Shown here piece by piece: positions 10,420 through 19,438 of a stretch of DNA of 64,000 nucleotides (the stretch's first letter is position 1; each line of letters begins with the position of its first letter). The stretch covers positions 128,001-192,000 of the forward strand of contig JAHPZH010000009.1 in assembly GCA_019058315.1 (NCBI GenBank), in the 5' to 3' direction. The notes below the pieces were generated by a model. That model saw only the letters and a program-made list of their open reading frames with translations. It was not told where the DNA came from and searched no databases. The translations under genes and the position numbers were made by a program. The stretch comes from Candidatus Helarchaeota archaeon. Its GTDB lineage: Archaea > Asgardarchaeota > Lokiarchaeia > Helarchaeales > RDOG01.

Positions 10420-11233
10420 TATATATCCTCCTCCTTTGATATTTCAGTTTCAATTTCTTTATCAAGTTGACTATATTTTCCCTTTATCGTCTGAATTTGA
10501 ATTTCATTTAATTTTTCAATTCCTTTTTCAGCAATATCCAAGGCTTTACGCATTTCATCAAATGTTATTTGACCATCAAATTGCAAAAGTGTATATGATT
10601 TAGATCGTGGCATCATTGCAATTGGTAAATCTCCCAAACCTTCTTTATCTTCAACATCCGATAAATCTAGAACTAATGTGGGTGGATCAGGATTTGCAAT
10701 TTTACCTACTGCTACACCACAAACAAGGTCGCGTAATGATATTCCAGCATCCGCTAGAGCTAAAGAAGCCGCAGTAACCGCAGCACAACGTGTACCACCA
10801 TCTGCACAAAGGACTTGGATAAAAACATCTATTATAGTTTTTGGATAATATTCAAGAAATATTGATGATTCCAAAGCTTGTCGTAAAATTAGCGAAAGTT
10901 CGACTTCCCTTCTAGATGGGGCAGGAGATTTTCTCTCATCTACTTTATTCCAAATTATTCACTCGGTATAATTTAAGCGAACGTAGCCATGCGATAAAGT
11001 ACTCGCAAAACTGCCGCATCTTGACGGGCTAAATGACGAGGGTGAACTTCACGTGGTCCATAAACTGCGACCAAAATTTTATTCTTTCCCATATTTATTA
11101 AAGCAGAACCATCTGCTTTTGTTAATAATCCCATCTCCATTGAGACTGGTCTTAATTCATCATATTTCCTATTATCTGTTCTTATTCCATCCCTAATTAA
11201 CCAATCAGCTGGGACTTGTTTAAAAAGTGCCAT
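10419..11233 (-). CDS. rrp41: Exosome catalytic subunit Rrp41, two exons: complement(join(10419..10944,10977..11233)), 260 aa
   Basis: Exon 1 ends ...AVYGPREVHPRH...YRMATFA; exon 2 continues VDERKSPAPSRREVELS...ADGGTRCA. Joined length 783 nt, in frame. Confidence 0.93.
10945..10976 (-). other. 32-nt BHB intron in rrp41 mRNA
   Basis: CTAC-GTTC-GC^T-TAAATTAT...ATAATTTG-GAAT-AA^A-GTAG: 4-bp outer helix, 4-bp central helix, two 3-nt bulges, 8-bp inner stem. Confidence 0.9.
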
Positions 11234-11288
11234 AATTATCACCTTTTTATATATTTTTTTAATTCATATCTAAATTTCGATTTTCAAT

Positions 11289-11993
11289 TTACTTCTTCTT
11301 TTTTTCATTCTCTATCAAAATTTTTACTCTATCTGTGAGGCCAGAAGTATGTGCCTCTCGTTCAATTTTCTTAATAATTTTAATCAATAATTGTTCATCT
11401 TCTAAGTTTTTTGTAGATATCCAAACCAAACCATTTTGTCCAACTACGATTTGGCTTTTTGTTGCTTCTTTAATTAAATTTATCATAGAACCCTTTCTTC
11501 CTATCAATCTAGGTATTTTCGCAGAAGCAATTTTTATTACTTTTCCTCCGCGCAATTTACCATATCCTTTACCTCTTATTGATAGAACAGGATCTCTTGT
11601 TCTGTTAAATGCTATTATCTCCCCCACAATAATTTGTCCGATATCAAAATAATTTTTGATATTATCTTTTAAAGGATTAAATGCTCGGTCTATTACATTT
11701 GTAACATGTAAGGAAGCTGTATATGGAGAATCAATATCAACTTTCCAGCTAACGATGGATGTATTTATAATTTTTCCTATAACAACATCACCGACCTTAG
11801 GTACATAAGGTCCACTGAAGGGAACTACATATACATTATTATTTCCTCTAATCTCTGAAAACCCAATAATAGATGCATAAAGTTTATCCTCTTCCTTGTA
11901 TGTTCCAAATCCTGCTCTATACTTAGAACCTTCTACAATTAATTCGCCTGGCACTACAATACGATGCCGTTCAAAACTATCTCCATTTGACAA
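11289..11993 (-). CDS. rrp4: Exosome cap protein Rrp4 (S1+KH)
   Basis: IVVPGE, YVPKVGDVVIG, KIPRLIGRKGSMI, GQNGLVWI, AHTSGLTDR. Confidence 0.96.
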   Translation of the reverse strand: MSNGDSFERHRIVVPGELIVEGSKYRAGFGTYKEEDKLYASIIGFSEIRGNNNVYVVPFSGPYVPKVGDVVIGKIINTSIVSWKVDIDSPYTASLHVTNVIDRAFNPLKDNIKNYFDIGQIIVGEIIAFNRTRDPVLSIRGKGYGKLRGGKVIKIASAKIPRLIGRKGSMINLIKEATKSQIVVGQNGLVWISTKNLEDEQLLIKIIKKIEREAHTSGLTDRVKILIENEKKKK

Positions 11994-12021
11994 AAAAAGT
12001 CCTCCTTTATTTTTAAAACTG

Positions 12022-12756
12022 TTAAAAGAGTGTTTCCTTTAATTTCTTAATATCATGTTTACCTTTTGTTAAATTTTTAAGTTGGTCATTTAATTCAGCA
12101 TGGACACCAACAGGAAGGTCAATTAATGCTATCCATGATCCATCAGATTGCCATTCATCTTTAGAAATTGTACCATACTTTGAAACAATGCCATAAGCTT
12201 TTCCTGTATATTGAGCTGGAATTTTTACAGCAAGAGTAATTCGTTCCATTTTAATAGGGATAATTTCTGCTAATTTCTTCACAATTTTCTTTGCTTGCTC
12301 AACAATTTCCTCATTGGAATCTATAGATATTTTTGCATCTTCCATTGCACGTTCAATGCGAGCTGGTGGATGTGGAAGCCCAGTTTTGGGATTTACACAA
12401 TTACGATTGATAAAATAAATAATTTTTTTTCTAATTTTCTCCGTAAATTCTTTTCTCATTTCAGCTGTAATGTGCAGTTCTCCATTTTTTAAAATCTCTT
12501 CTGAAATTTCAAAAATGTCATCAGTTTCAAATATTTTCTGAAATAACTCCGAATCTGTCAATTTTTCACCGCGTAAAGCGTCTGAAAAAATGTAATATCC
12601 AATTAAAATATCACGTATTTCAATATCCTTTCCTTCTTTGAATTGCCAAGCTAGCTTCGGATCTACTAAGATCTCAAAATGATGTCCCATACTATCATAA
12701 CGAACTATGGTTGCTTTTCCAAGATCTAGTCTTTTCTGTCCCCTTATAGAAACCAT
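12022..12756 (-). CDS. sdo1: Ribosome maturation factor SBDS/Sdo1
   Basis: FEILVDP, NPKTGLPHPPARIERAM, EWQSDGS. Confidence 0.95.
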   Translation of the reverse strand: MVSIRGQKRLDLGKATIVRYDSMGHHFEILVDPKLAWQFKEGKDIEIRDILIGYYIFSDALRGEKLTDSELFQKIFETDDIFEISEEILKNGELHITAEMRKEFTEKIRKKIIYFINRNCVNPKTGLPHPPARIERAMEDAKISIDSNEEIVEQAKKIVKKLAEIIPIKMERITLAVKIPAQYTGKAYGIVSKYGTISKDEWQSDGSWIALIDLPVGVHAELNDQLKNLTKGKHDIKKLKETLF

Positions 12757-12773
12757 ATTTATCTGATCTACTT

Positions 12774-13487
12774 CTAAATCCTTTGTATATATTTATCCAA
12801 TTCCTCGGTAGCTAATCTTTCGAATTCCTTAGTTTCAGTACGTGCTATTGCCACTTCTACCTTAGTTGAATCAAGTTCAGTTTCGATTACTTGTTTTAAT
12901 GCTTTAAGAGCTAACTCAATTGCTTGATCTAATGTCATTTCAGGCTTATATTCTTTTTCGAGTTCTTCTTGTACTGTCTGAGCACCAGAGCCAATAGCAT
13001 TGGCACGATAGCCCCAAAATGCCCCTGATGGATCAGTTAAAAATAATTGAGGCCCTTTTTCATCAATTCCAGCAATTAATAGACTTACACCGAAAGGGCG
13101 AACTCCTGCATGTTGCGTATATAATTGTTTTAGATCACATATCTTTTTTGTTAGCATTTGAATATCAATTGACTCATCATAAGTGAGTTTATTTATTTGA
13201 CATTGAATTCTAGCATGATCTACTAGAACTCTTGCATCAGCTGTCAAACCAGCTATAGCACAGCCAACATGATTATCAATTTTAAAAATCTTTTCTACAC
13301 TTTCAGGTTCCTGAAGTGCAAGAATTCTTTTTTCTACTGTACAAACAACACCTTCAGAACATAAAATGCCAATTGCAGTAGTACCCTTTCTAACTGCTTC
13401 CATGGCATATTCTACTTGAAAGAGTCTTCCATCTGGACTAAAGATCGTGATTGCACGGTCATAGCCCATACCTGGTGGCGCGAACAT
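12774..13487 (-). CDS. psmA: Proteasome alpha subunit
   Basis: GYDRAITIFSPDGRLFQVEYA, GVRPFGVSLL, TDPSG; start at MFAPP. Confidence 0.98.
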   Translation of the reverse strand: MFAPPGMGYDRAITIFSPDGRLFQVEYAMEAVRKGTTAIGILCSEGVVCTVEKRILALQEPESVEKIFKIDNHVGCAIAGLTADARVLVDHARIQCQINKLTYDESIDIQMLTKKICDLKQLYTQHAGVRPFGVSLLIAGIDEKGPQLFLTDPSGAFWGYRANAIGSGAQTVQEELEKEYKPEMTLDQAIELALKALKQVIETELDSTKVEVAIARTETKEFERLATEELDKYIQRI

Positions 13488-13852
13488 AATGCATAAACAC
13501 CTACCTTTTCTTAAATTAACCAATTCTTTATTTCAAAGTTAAATATATTTTCATAAGAAATTATAGTTTATTTTTTTTACTCTTTTGTATAAATTTATTT
13601 CTTTTATTTACACAAGATTTTCTTATACAAAAATGTTTTTTTCCTTTATTTATATTCATAATTGTTATTTTAAAAAAAAATAAATTTTTTTTCCTTAAAT
13701 TTTTTGGTGAATTTATTAAAAAAGAATTAAAATTTCTTTAATTAAATATAACCGAACTAAATTTCAACATAGAACCGTTTAAAAAACACATATACTTAAA
13801 ATTCTAACGATTTTTTAAATAAATTTTGATTTAAAACCTTCTATCATAGATT

Positions 13853-14362
13853 TTAACTTTGTACAGCGTATAAATATAGAATAGTTATTATACAACCCAA
13901 AATTGTAAAAACACTCATAACAGCAGAACCTGAAGCAAATGCATAAATCAAGGTTAATAAACCAGTTCCAATAATAAAGATAATCATTGATAATAAACCA
14001 GCTGTATGCCTTCTGTATTCTAACAAATTAGCAAATCCTATGAATATGAATGCGAAAAATAGTGATAACAGAAAAGCAGTAAAAATATCAGCTAATGTAA
14101 TAATTCCCAATTTCACTGACCATAAACTTCTGATAAAAATAAGAATACCGTCACTACCAAAAAAATACTCACCAAAGGGATTTTTAAACGGATTCTGAAA
14201 TTCCAAAGTCATTGGGATATAAATAATGAAATAAATAAGAAGAATAACTAAGGATATAAAAAGACATAGATAAAACGAAAAAAGCATTTTTTGTCGGATT
14301 TCGGCTCTTCTTAATCTTTCTTTTTTAGTTATAACTCTTTTTGACATTAAAAAAAAATCCAA
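13853..14362 (-). CDS. Hypothetical membrane protein (about 4 TM)
   Basis: Basic N-terminus followed by hydrophobic segments. Confidence 0.65.
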   Translation of the reverse strand: MDFFLMSKRVITKKERLRRAEIRQKMLFSFYLCLFISLVILLIYFIIYIPMTLEFQNPFKNPFGEYFFGSDGILIFIRSLWSVKLGIITLADIFTAFLLSLFFAFIFIGFANLLEYRRHTAGLLSMIIFIIGTGLLTLIYAFASGSAVMSVFTILGCIITILYLYAVQS

Positions 14363-14430
14363 TAATACTTTTTTTTAAATAGGAAGTAAATAAATAATAA
14401 AAATTTGGTAAAGATATTTATTTTTAATCG

Positions 14431-14877
14431 GTGAAAATGTCTTCTGAAATCCACGTAATTACAATTAGAGATTCTGATTTAGACAAATTAGTAGAATTTA
14501 CAAAAAAAACTTACCCATACGAGTCATGTGCATTATTTATAGGGAATATAAATGGTCATAAAGCAACAGTAGACGAAATTTTATTTGCTGAAAATATTGA
14601 TTACTCTCATGTTAGCTTTTCAATTAACCCTGAATTTCTATATCAAGTTTATATGAAAGCAGAAAAAGAAAATAAGGTGATTACAGGTATATTTCATTCC
14701 CATCCGACTGTCTCTGCTCCTTCGTCAGTTGATTTGAAATATATGGAATATAATCCAGTAGCATGGATTATTTTAGGTGTTTTGGATGAAACTAATATAA
14801 AAAAGGAAGATATGCGAGCTTATCAATACTGGGAAAATTCAATAAAAGAAGTAAAAATAGAAATTATGAACATTTGA
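14431..14877 (+). CDS. JAB/MPN+ (JAMM) metalloisopeptidase
   Basis: YPYESCA...FHSHP...PSSVD (E-HxH-S-D motif). Confidence 0.9.
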   Translation: MKMSSEIHVITIRDSDLDKLVEFTKKTYPYESCALFIGNINGHKATVDEILFAENIDYSHVSFSINPEFLYQVYMKAEKENKVITGIFHSHPTVSAPSSVDLKYMEYNPVAWIILGVLDETNIKKEDMRAYQYWENSIKEVKIEIMNI

Positions 14878-15002
14878 ATTAGGTATATAATTTATTGAAA
14901 TATTAGTGCTTAATTTACATTTTTGCTTTAAAACAAAAATATATTAACAATAAATCAACATTAAAGAATAGTATTTTAAAAAGTATAAGAAAGTGAAATT
15001 GA

Positions 15003-15710
15003 ATGGGTAACACTGAACTCTTAGTAGTATTATATATGTTATTGACTCGACCAAGGGGTTTTCCATTATTCGATTACTTTGCTGATAATGCAGCTGGGAT
15101 GTTAGCATTAGGAGGTCTCTTTGCTGGATTTTGGTTTATTGATTGGATAATTAGGCACCCCGAAGCTGAGGAAGAAAGACCTGCATATTTAGTAGCTATT
15201 GATATCATCGGGTTTTTTATTGGAATCATCTGTTTAGGCAGTGGGATCACTTTATTGTTGAATGGACAAGATCCAATAACTGAAGCTATCGGTGGATTTA
15301 TAGGGGGTAAACATGATATTTTTACGAAGGGTCTGATTATAGCAGTCGGTTTATGTTTATTCTTAAAACCAATTAAAGATATTCCTTGGGCAAGTTTGAT
15401 TGCAATGATCGCTGGCGCTGTAGTTGTTTTTCTTGCAATAACTTATCTTGAAACTACCTTTACACAGCTTGCTGGACTTTTAGGTATTGATGTAAAACTT
15501 CTTTATGGTATCATTTTCGTATTAGTATATGGTATTATATTCAGTATGTTCGGTTTAGCTCAATATATTCTACGTATAGTAGCTACAATATTAAGTTCAA
15601 GACCAGGTTCATTTGTTTTATTTGTATTATGCATGATTCAAGCATTATTGATTATCTTGCCACCCCATCCAGACGCTTATAGTCTTGCTCCACTCTTTGG
15701 ATTAACCTAA
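15003..15710 (+). CDS. Hypothetical multi-pass membrane protein
   Basis: About 6-7 hydrophobic segments. Confidence 0.7.
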   Translation: MGNTELLVVLYMLLTRPRGFPLFDYFADNAAGMLALGGLFAGFWFIDWIIRHPEAEEERPAYLVAIDIIGFFIGIICLGSGITLLLNGQDPITEAIGGFIGGKHDIFTKGLIIAVGLCLFLKPIKDIPWASLIAMIAGAVVVFLAITYLETTFTQLAGLLGIDVKLLYGIIFVLVYGIIFSMFGLAQYILRIVATILSSRPGSFVLFVLCMIQALLIILPPHPDAYSLAPLFGLT

Positions 15711-16352
15711 TCTACCTTTTAATTTTATTTTTGTTAAATACTGATAAGTCAGTGTTTGGCTAGGTGATTTTAAAAAAAGAAAAAGATCTTTAGGTAAATC
15801 AATATCTAATCCAAAATTTTTAGAATTATGTATTATTAAATTGTGATTTTTTACATTACGAGCTTTCTCAATATGTTTTTGAAAACTATTTTCACCATAT
15901 TCAATTTTAATTATGTCAGAAGGCATTAGAAATAAAAGATTAGTACCATTCTTTCTTAAAGATGGAGATATTATAATTGTAGGTGGGTTGATTTCATAAT
16001 TAAATATCTCATCAATATCGTTTGAGGTTATAAGTGGAATATCTCCAGGAATTATTAAAACTGAATTTGCATTTTTTTTGATTGCAAATTCTATAGCAGA
16101 ATTTATTGATTCATTTATATTTGTTTCCATTTGCTCGCTTATTATATCTCCAAATTGAGAACCAATATCTAATATCATTGGATCAGAAGAGATTGTAACA
16201 ATTTTATTGGTTTTTTGAGTTGCACTTGCTGCCTGTATTACATCTTTAAACATATTGATACATAGTTTTTTTCTCTGTTCAGAGTTTAAAATGGAATTTA
16301 GTCTTAACTTTGCGAATTCTAGAGATTTAACCGGGATAATTATAAAATTCAT
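15702..16352 (-). CDS. cofC: 2-phospho-L-lactate/PEP guanylyltransferase
   Basis: IIPVK....AKLRL, PGDIPL, GTN, YGENSF..H, DIDLPKDL. Confidence 0.93.
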   Translation of the reverse strand: MNFIIIPVKSLEFAKLRLNSILNSEQRKKLCINMFKDVIQAASATQKTNKIVTISSDPMILDIGSQFGDIISEQMETNINESINSAIEFAIKKNANSVLIIPGDIPLITSNDIDEIFNYEINPPTIIISPSLRKNGTNLLFLMPSDIIKIEYGENSFQKHIEKARNVKNHNLIIHNSKNFGLDIDLPKDLFLFLKSPSQTLTYQYLTKIKLKGRLG

Positions 16353-17303
16353 TCATCCCACATTTAATTTCATCGCATCTAATGTAATTTGTGCTAAGTT
16401 TTTCTTAATTTCTAAATTCTTCATTAAAGTATTAGTAATTATTACTTTAATTCCTAATTTTTCAATTTCACTTTTTCTATCTTTATCAATTTCATCAATA
16501 ACAAATGTCTTAATCAAGTTTTTATAGAATTTTGCTACGCCAAAACAAGAAACTTCCATTCCTAAACCCTTCATGAGCCTATCAAGAGGTCCTTTTACTG
16601 GTTTATTTCCTATTATTGGACTTATTCCAATAATTGGTTTATCAATTTGTTCTAAAGCCAATTTAATTTCCTTAATGGATAAAATAGTATTTATACTCAC
16701 AAGTGGATTACTAGGACCTATTAATATCCCTTCAGCATTCTTAATTATATCCAATATCCCATTTGTAGGTTTAGCATCTTCAGCTCCCTCATAAATAATT
16801 TCTAAAACTTTATCTTGTGCTTTTCTCTCAATCATATATTCTTCAAAATGAATAATACCATCTGGAGTTCTAATTTTGGTCATGACCTTTTGATTAGTCA
16901 TTGGAATTAAATTTACTTCAACTCCAAGATGTTGACATAATTTTTTAGTAATTTCAGAAAGTTTTAACCCCGATTTTAATAAATTAGTTCTATAAATATG
17001 CGTTGCTAAATCTTTATCTCCCAGTTTAAACCATGTATCTTGTTTATACCTACTTAGCATTTCTAGGCAATTTGTAGTATCATTATCTATTCCCCAACCT
17101 TGCATTTTATCTACAATTCCAGAAAGAGTATACATAATTATATCTAAATCTGGTGAGATTGAAAGACCATATAGCTCAAAGTCATCAGCTGTATTTACTA
17201 TAACGTATAAATCTTTTGGGTTCACTATTTGAACCAATCCTTGGAGAAATCTTGCCGCACCTACTCCACCGGCTAAAACTACAATCAAACAGATTGCCCC
17301 CAT
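16353..17303 (-). CDS. cofD: 2-phospho-L-lactate transferase
   Basis: LAGGVGAARF, NTADD, SPDLD, WFKLGDKDLATH, GPSNP. Confidence 0.96.
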   Translation of the reverse strand: MGAICLIVVLAGGVGAARFLQGLVQIVNPKDLYVIVNTADDFELYGLSISPDLDIIMYTLSGIVDKMQGWGIDNDTTNCLEMLSRYKQDTWFKLGDKDLATHIYRTNLLKSGLKLSEITKKLCQHLGVEVNLIPMTNQKVMTKIRTPDGIIHFEEYMIERKAQDKVLEIIYEGAEDAKPTNGILDIIKNAEGILIGPSNPLVSINTILSIKEIKLALEQIDKPIIGISPIIGNKPVKGPLDRLMKGLGMEVSCFGVAKFYKNLIKTFVIDEIDKDRKSEIEKLGIKVIITNTLMKNLEIKKNLAQITLDAMKLNVG

Positions 17304-17902
17304 TTATTTTTAAAAGTAATTTTTTTAATTTCTATCCTTGAAGGCGGTGAAGGGGTTTCATCTGGATAACCAACTGTTATAAAAGCTTGAGGATCATGGT
17401 CTTTAGGTATACCCAATACTTTACGAACTATATCCTGACAAAATAATGGAGCACAATACCAACAGCACCCAAAACCATTTGTATAACTGACTAAGAGAAA
17501 ATTTTGTATTGCTGCACTTACACTTTGGATTGCCATAATATATTCTGCATTTTGTCTTTTTTTATCAGGATATTTATGCATTCTTTCCATTGATAGACAT
17601 GGGATTAAGATAATTGGTGCTGCTGTAAATTTTCTGATTGATTCTTCAATAATATCTTTTCTAGATGGCTCTGCAATTTGATCTTTTTCTAGATCGTTCT
17701 CATATTCTTCTGCCATTTTTTTAACTAATTCAGATTTTACTTGAGGATCTTCGATAATTAAAAAATAATATGGCATTGCATTATGTGCTGAAGGTGCCCA
17801 AATAGAAAATTCTAGAATTTCTACTATTTTAGAAATATCAATTGGGTTTTTTTTATATTTTCTAATACTTCTTCTTAATTTTATTACATCTTTTATATCC
17901 AA
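17285..17902 (-). CDS. Nitroreductase-family protein (FbiB C-terminal-like)
   Basis: RRSIRKY, WAPSAHNAMP, SVSAAIQN, CWYCAPLF; heads the cofD-cofC operon; start inferred at TTG 17902. Confidence 0.85.
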   Translation of the reverse strand: MDIKDVIKLRRSIRKYKKNPIDISKIVEILEFSIWAPSAHNAMPYYFLIIEDPQVKSELVKKMAEEYENDLEKDQIAEPSRKDIIEESIRKFTAAPIILIPCLSMERMHKYPDKKRQNAEYIMAIQSVSAAIQNFLLVSYTNGFGCCWYCAPLFCQDIVRKVLGIPKDHDPQAFITVGYPDETPSPPSRIEIKKITFKNKWGQSV

Positions 17903-18080
17903 TATTAAAAACCCCAATAGTAAAAGGTCATTAAACTTGAATAAAAAAAAATTTTTAAAAATATTTAACGTCAAAAATCCAAATTTTCAATAATCTGATT
18001 TAAAAAATGAGTAAAAAAGCATATTTTATTATTTAATTCCCCTATTTTATTAAATTTAAATCAATTTAGATCAAAATTAG

Positions 18081-18149
18081 GGATCAAATCGTCGCAGAGC
18101 TCATCATCAGTGTTGGATTTTTTCAGCTTGGGGCGACGATATCATTTCC
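18081..18149 (-). ncRNA. Candidate box C/D sRNA / K-turn RNA
   Basis: GGA-A-ATGATAT (C-like), 12 nt, CTGA (D'), spacer, ATGATGA (C'), 13 nt, TTGA (D-like), TCC; GC-rich island in an AT-rich spacer. Confidence 0.55.
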
Positions 18150-18306
18150 GAGTTATATTTTATTATCTTTAAATTTAAAAATTACGTAATTACGCGCTAT
18201 AAATAAAAAAACTCTGAAATGCAAAAAAAGAATTTTGCAAAAAACATTTAAAATCATATTAATTGGGAAATATAAATTAAAAATGAAAAGTCCAGAGGTA
18301 AGTTTT

Positions 18307-19400
18307 ATGGTAAAGACTGGAATAATATATCATGAAGATTATTTAAAACATGATACTGGAGATCATGTTGAAAATAAAAAAAGATTGATTGCCACTTTGG
18401 ATTTATTTAATGAATACAAAATTTTTGAGCATCCTAATATCATTAAGATTTCCCCAAATCCAGCATCTATTAAGGAAATTCAAAGAGTTCATAAAGCATT
18501 TTATATAGAAAAAGTCCGGGAAAAATGTTTAAGTGGTGGGGGCTGGCTTGATGCTGATACAATTGTCTCTCCAGATAGCTACAATGTTGCATTATTAGCT
18601 GCTGGAGGAGCAATACAAGCAGGTGAGATGGCTGTAAAAGGTAAAATTGACAATGCTTTTTGTTTAATACGTCCTCCAGGACATCATGCCGGACCAGGGG
18701 TTGCTAGAGGATTTTGTGTATTTAATAATATTGCCATTGTTGCAAAATCTTTAATTGCGAGGTTTGAAGAGGTCAATAAAGTCTTAATATTTGACCACGA
18801 TGCACATTAAAAAAGAAATTTTCTTTTTTAAGCATATACGCAGGTAATGGAACCTCGCAAATTCTATATAACGATCCAAATGTGCTATTATTTGATTTTC
18901 ACCAACATCCGCGAACACTCTATCCTGGAACAGGTTATATAGATGAAATAGGTGAGGAAGAAGGAAAGGGATATAATATAAATTTACCTATGGTTCCCCG
19001 TGCTGGTGATGCTCAATATCTAGAAGTTATTGATGAATTATTCATTCCAATTATTAATCAATTTAAACCTGATATTGTTCTAGTTTCAGCAGGATTTGAT
19101 ACTCATTTTTCTGATCCCATTACACAACTCAATATAACAATTCAAGGATATGGAGAAATCGTTAAAAAAATAAAAAAAGAGGCAAAAAAAGTCTGTGCTG
19201 GGAAAATTATAATTATGCTTGAGGGTGGATATGATTTAAAAGCACTATCTCAGGGAATTCTAACTGAAATATCTGTACTTGGAGATTTAGGTATTGAATT
19301 TATAGAAAATCCTCCTAAAATTGAAGAAGCTATAGTAGATTACAATAGAAAAATGATAGATAAATTAAAAGAAGTTTTAGGTGCTTATTGGAAATTTTAA
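18307..19400 (+). CDS. HDAC/AcuC-family Zn-dependent deacetylase, two exons: join(18307..18805,18838..19400), 353 aa
   Basis: HVENKKRL, RPPGHHA, GFCVFNN, spliced DHDAHAGNGT, YPGTG, SAGFD, LEGGY. Joined length 1062 nt; GAGGT before ATG 18307. Confidence 0.92.
18806..18837 (+). other. 32-nt BHB intron in deacetylase mRNA
   Basis: CG-ATGC-AC^A-TTAAAAAAGAA...TTCTTTTTTAA-GCAT-AT^A-CG: perfect 4-bp central helix, two 3-nt bulges, 11-bp inner stem. Confidence 0.9.
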
Positions 19401-19438
19401 ATAATTGAGAAATATAGACTTTGGAGAATTTTAAATAA

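Noticed and set aside
10875-10976. rrp41 as pseudogene, sequencing frameshift or programmed frameshift
   Set aside because: There are 32 extra nt with stops in both relevant frames, in an order no single shift can bypass; exons are undecayed; BHB excision gives an exact repair.
18806-18881. Deacetylase as two genes or a -1 frameshift on the A-run
   Set aside because: The stop precedes most of the A-run, and a shift would insert about 11 aa into the Zn-binding motif. The segment before GTG 18882 encodes the conserved GNGT.
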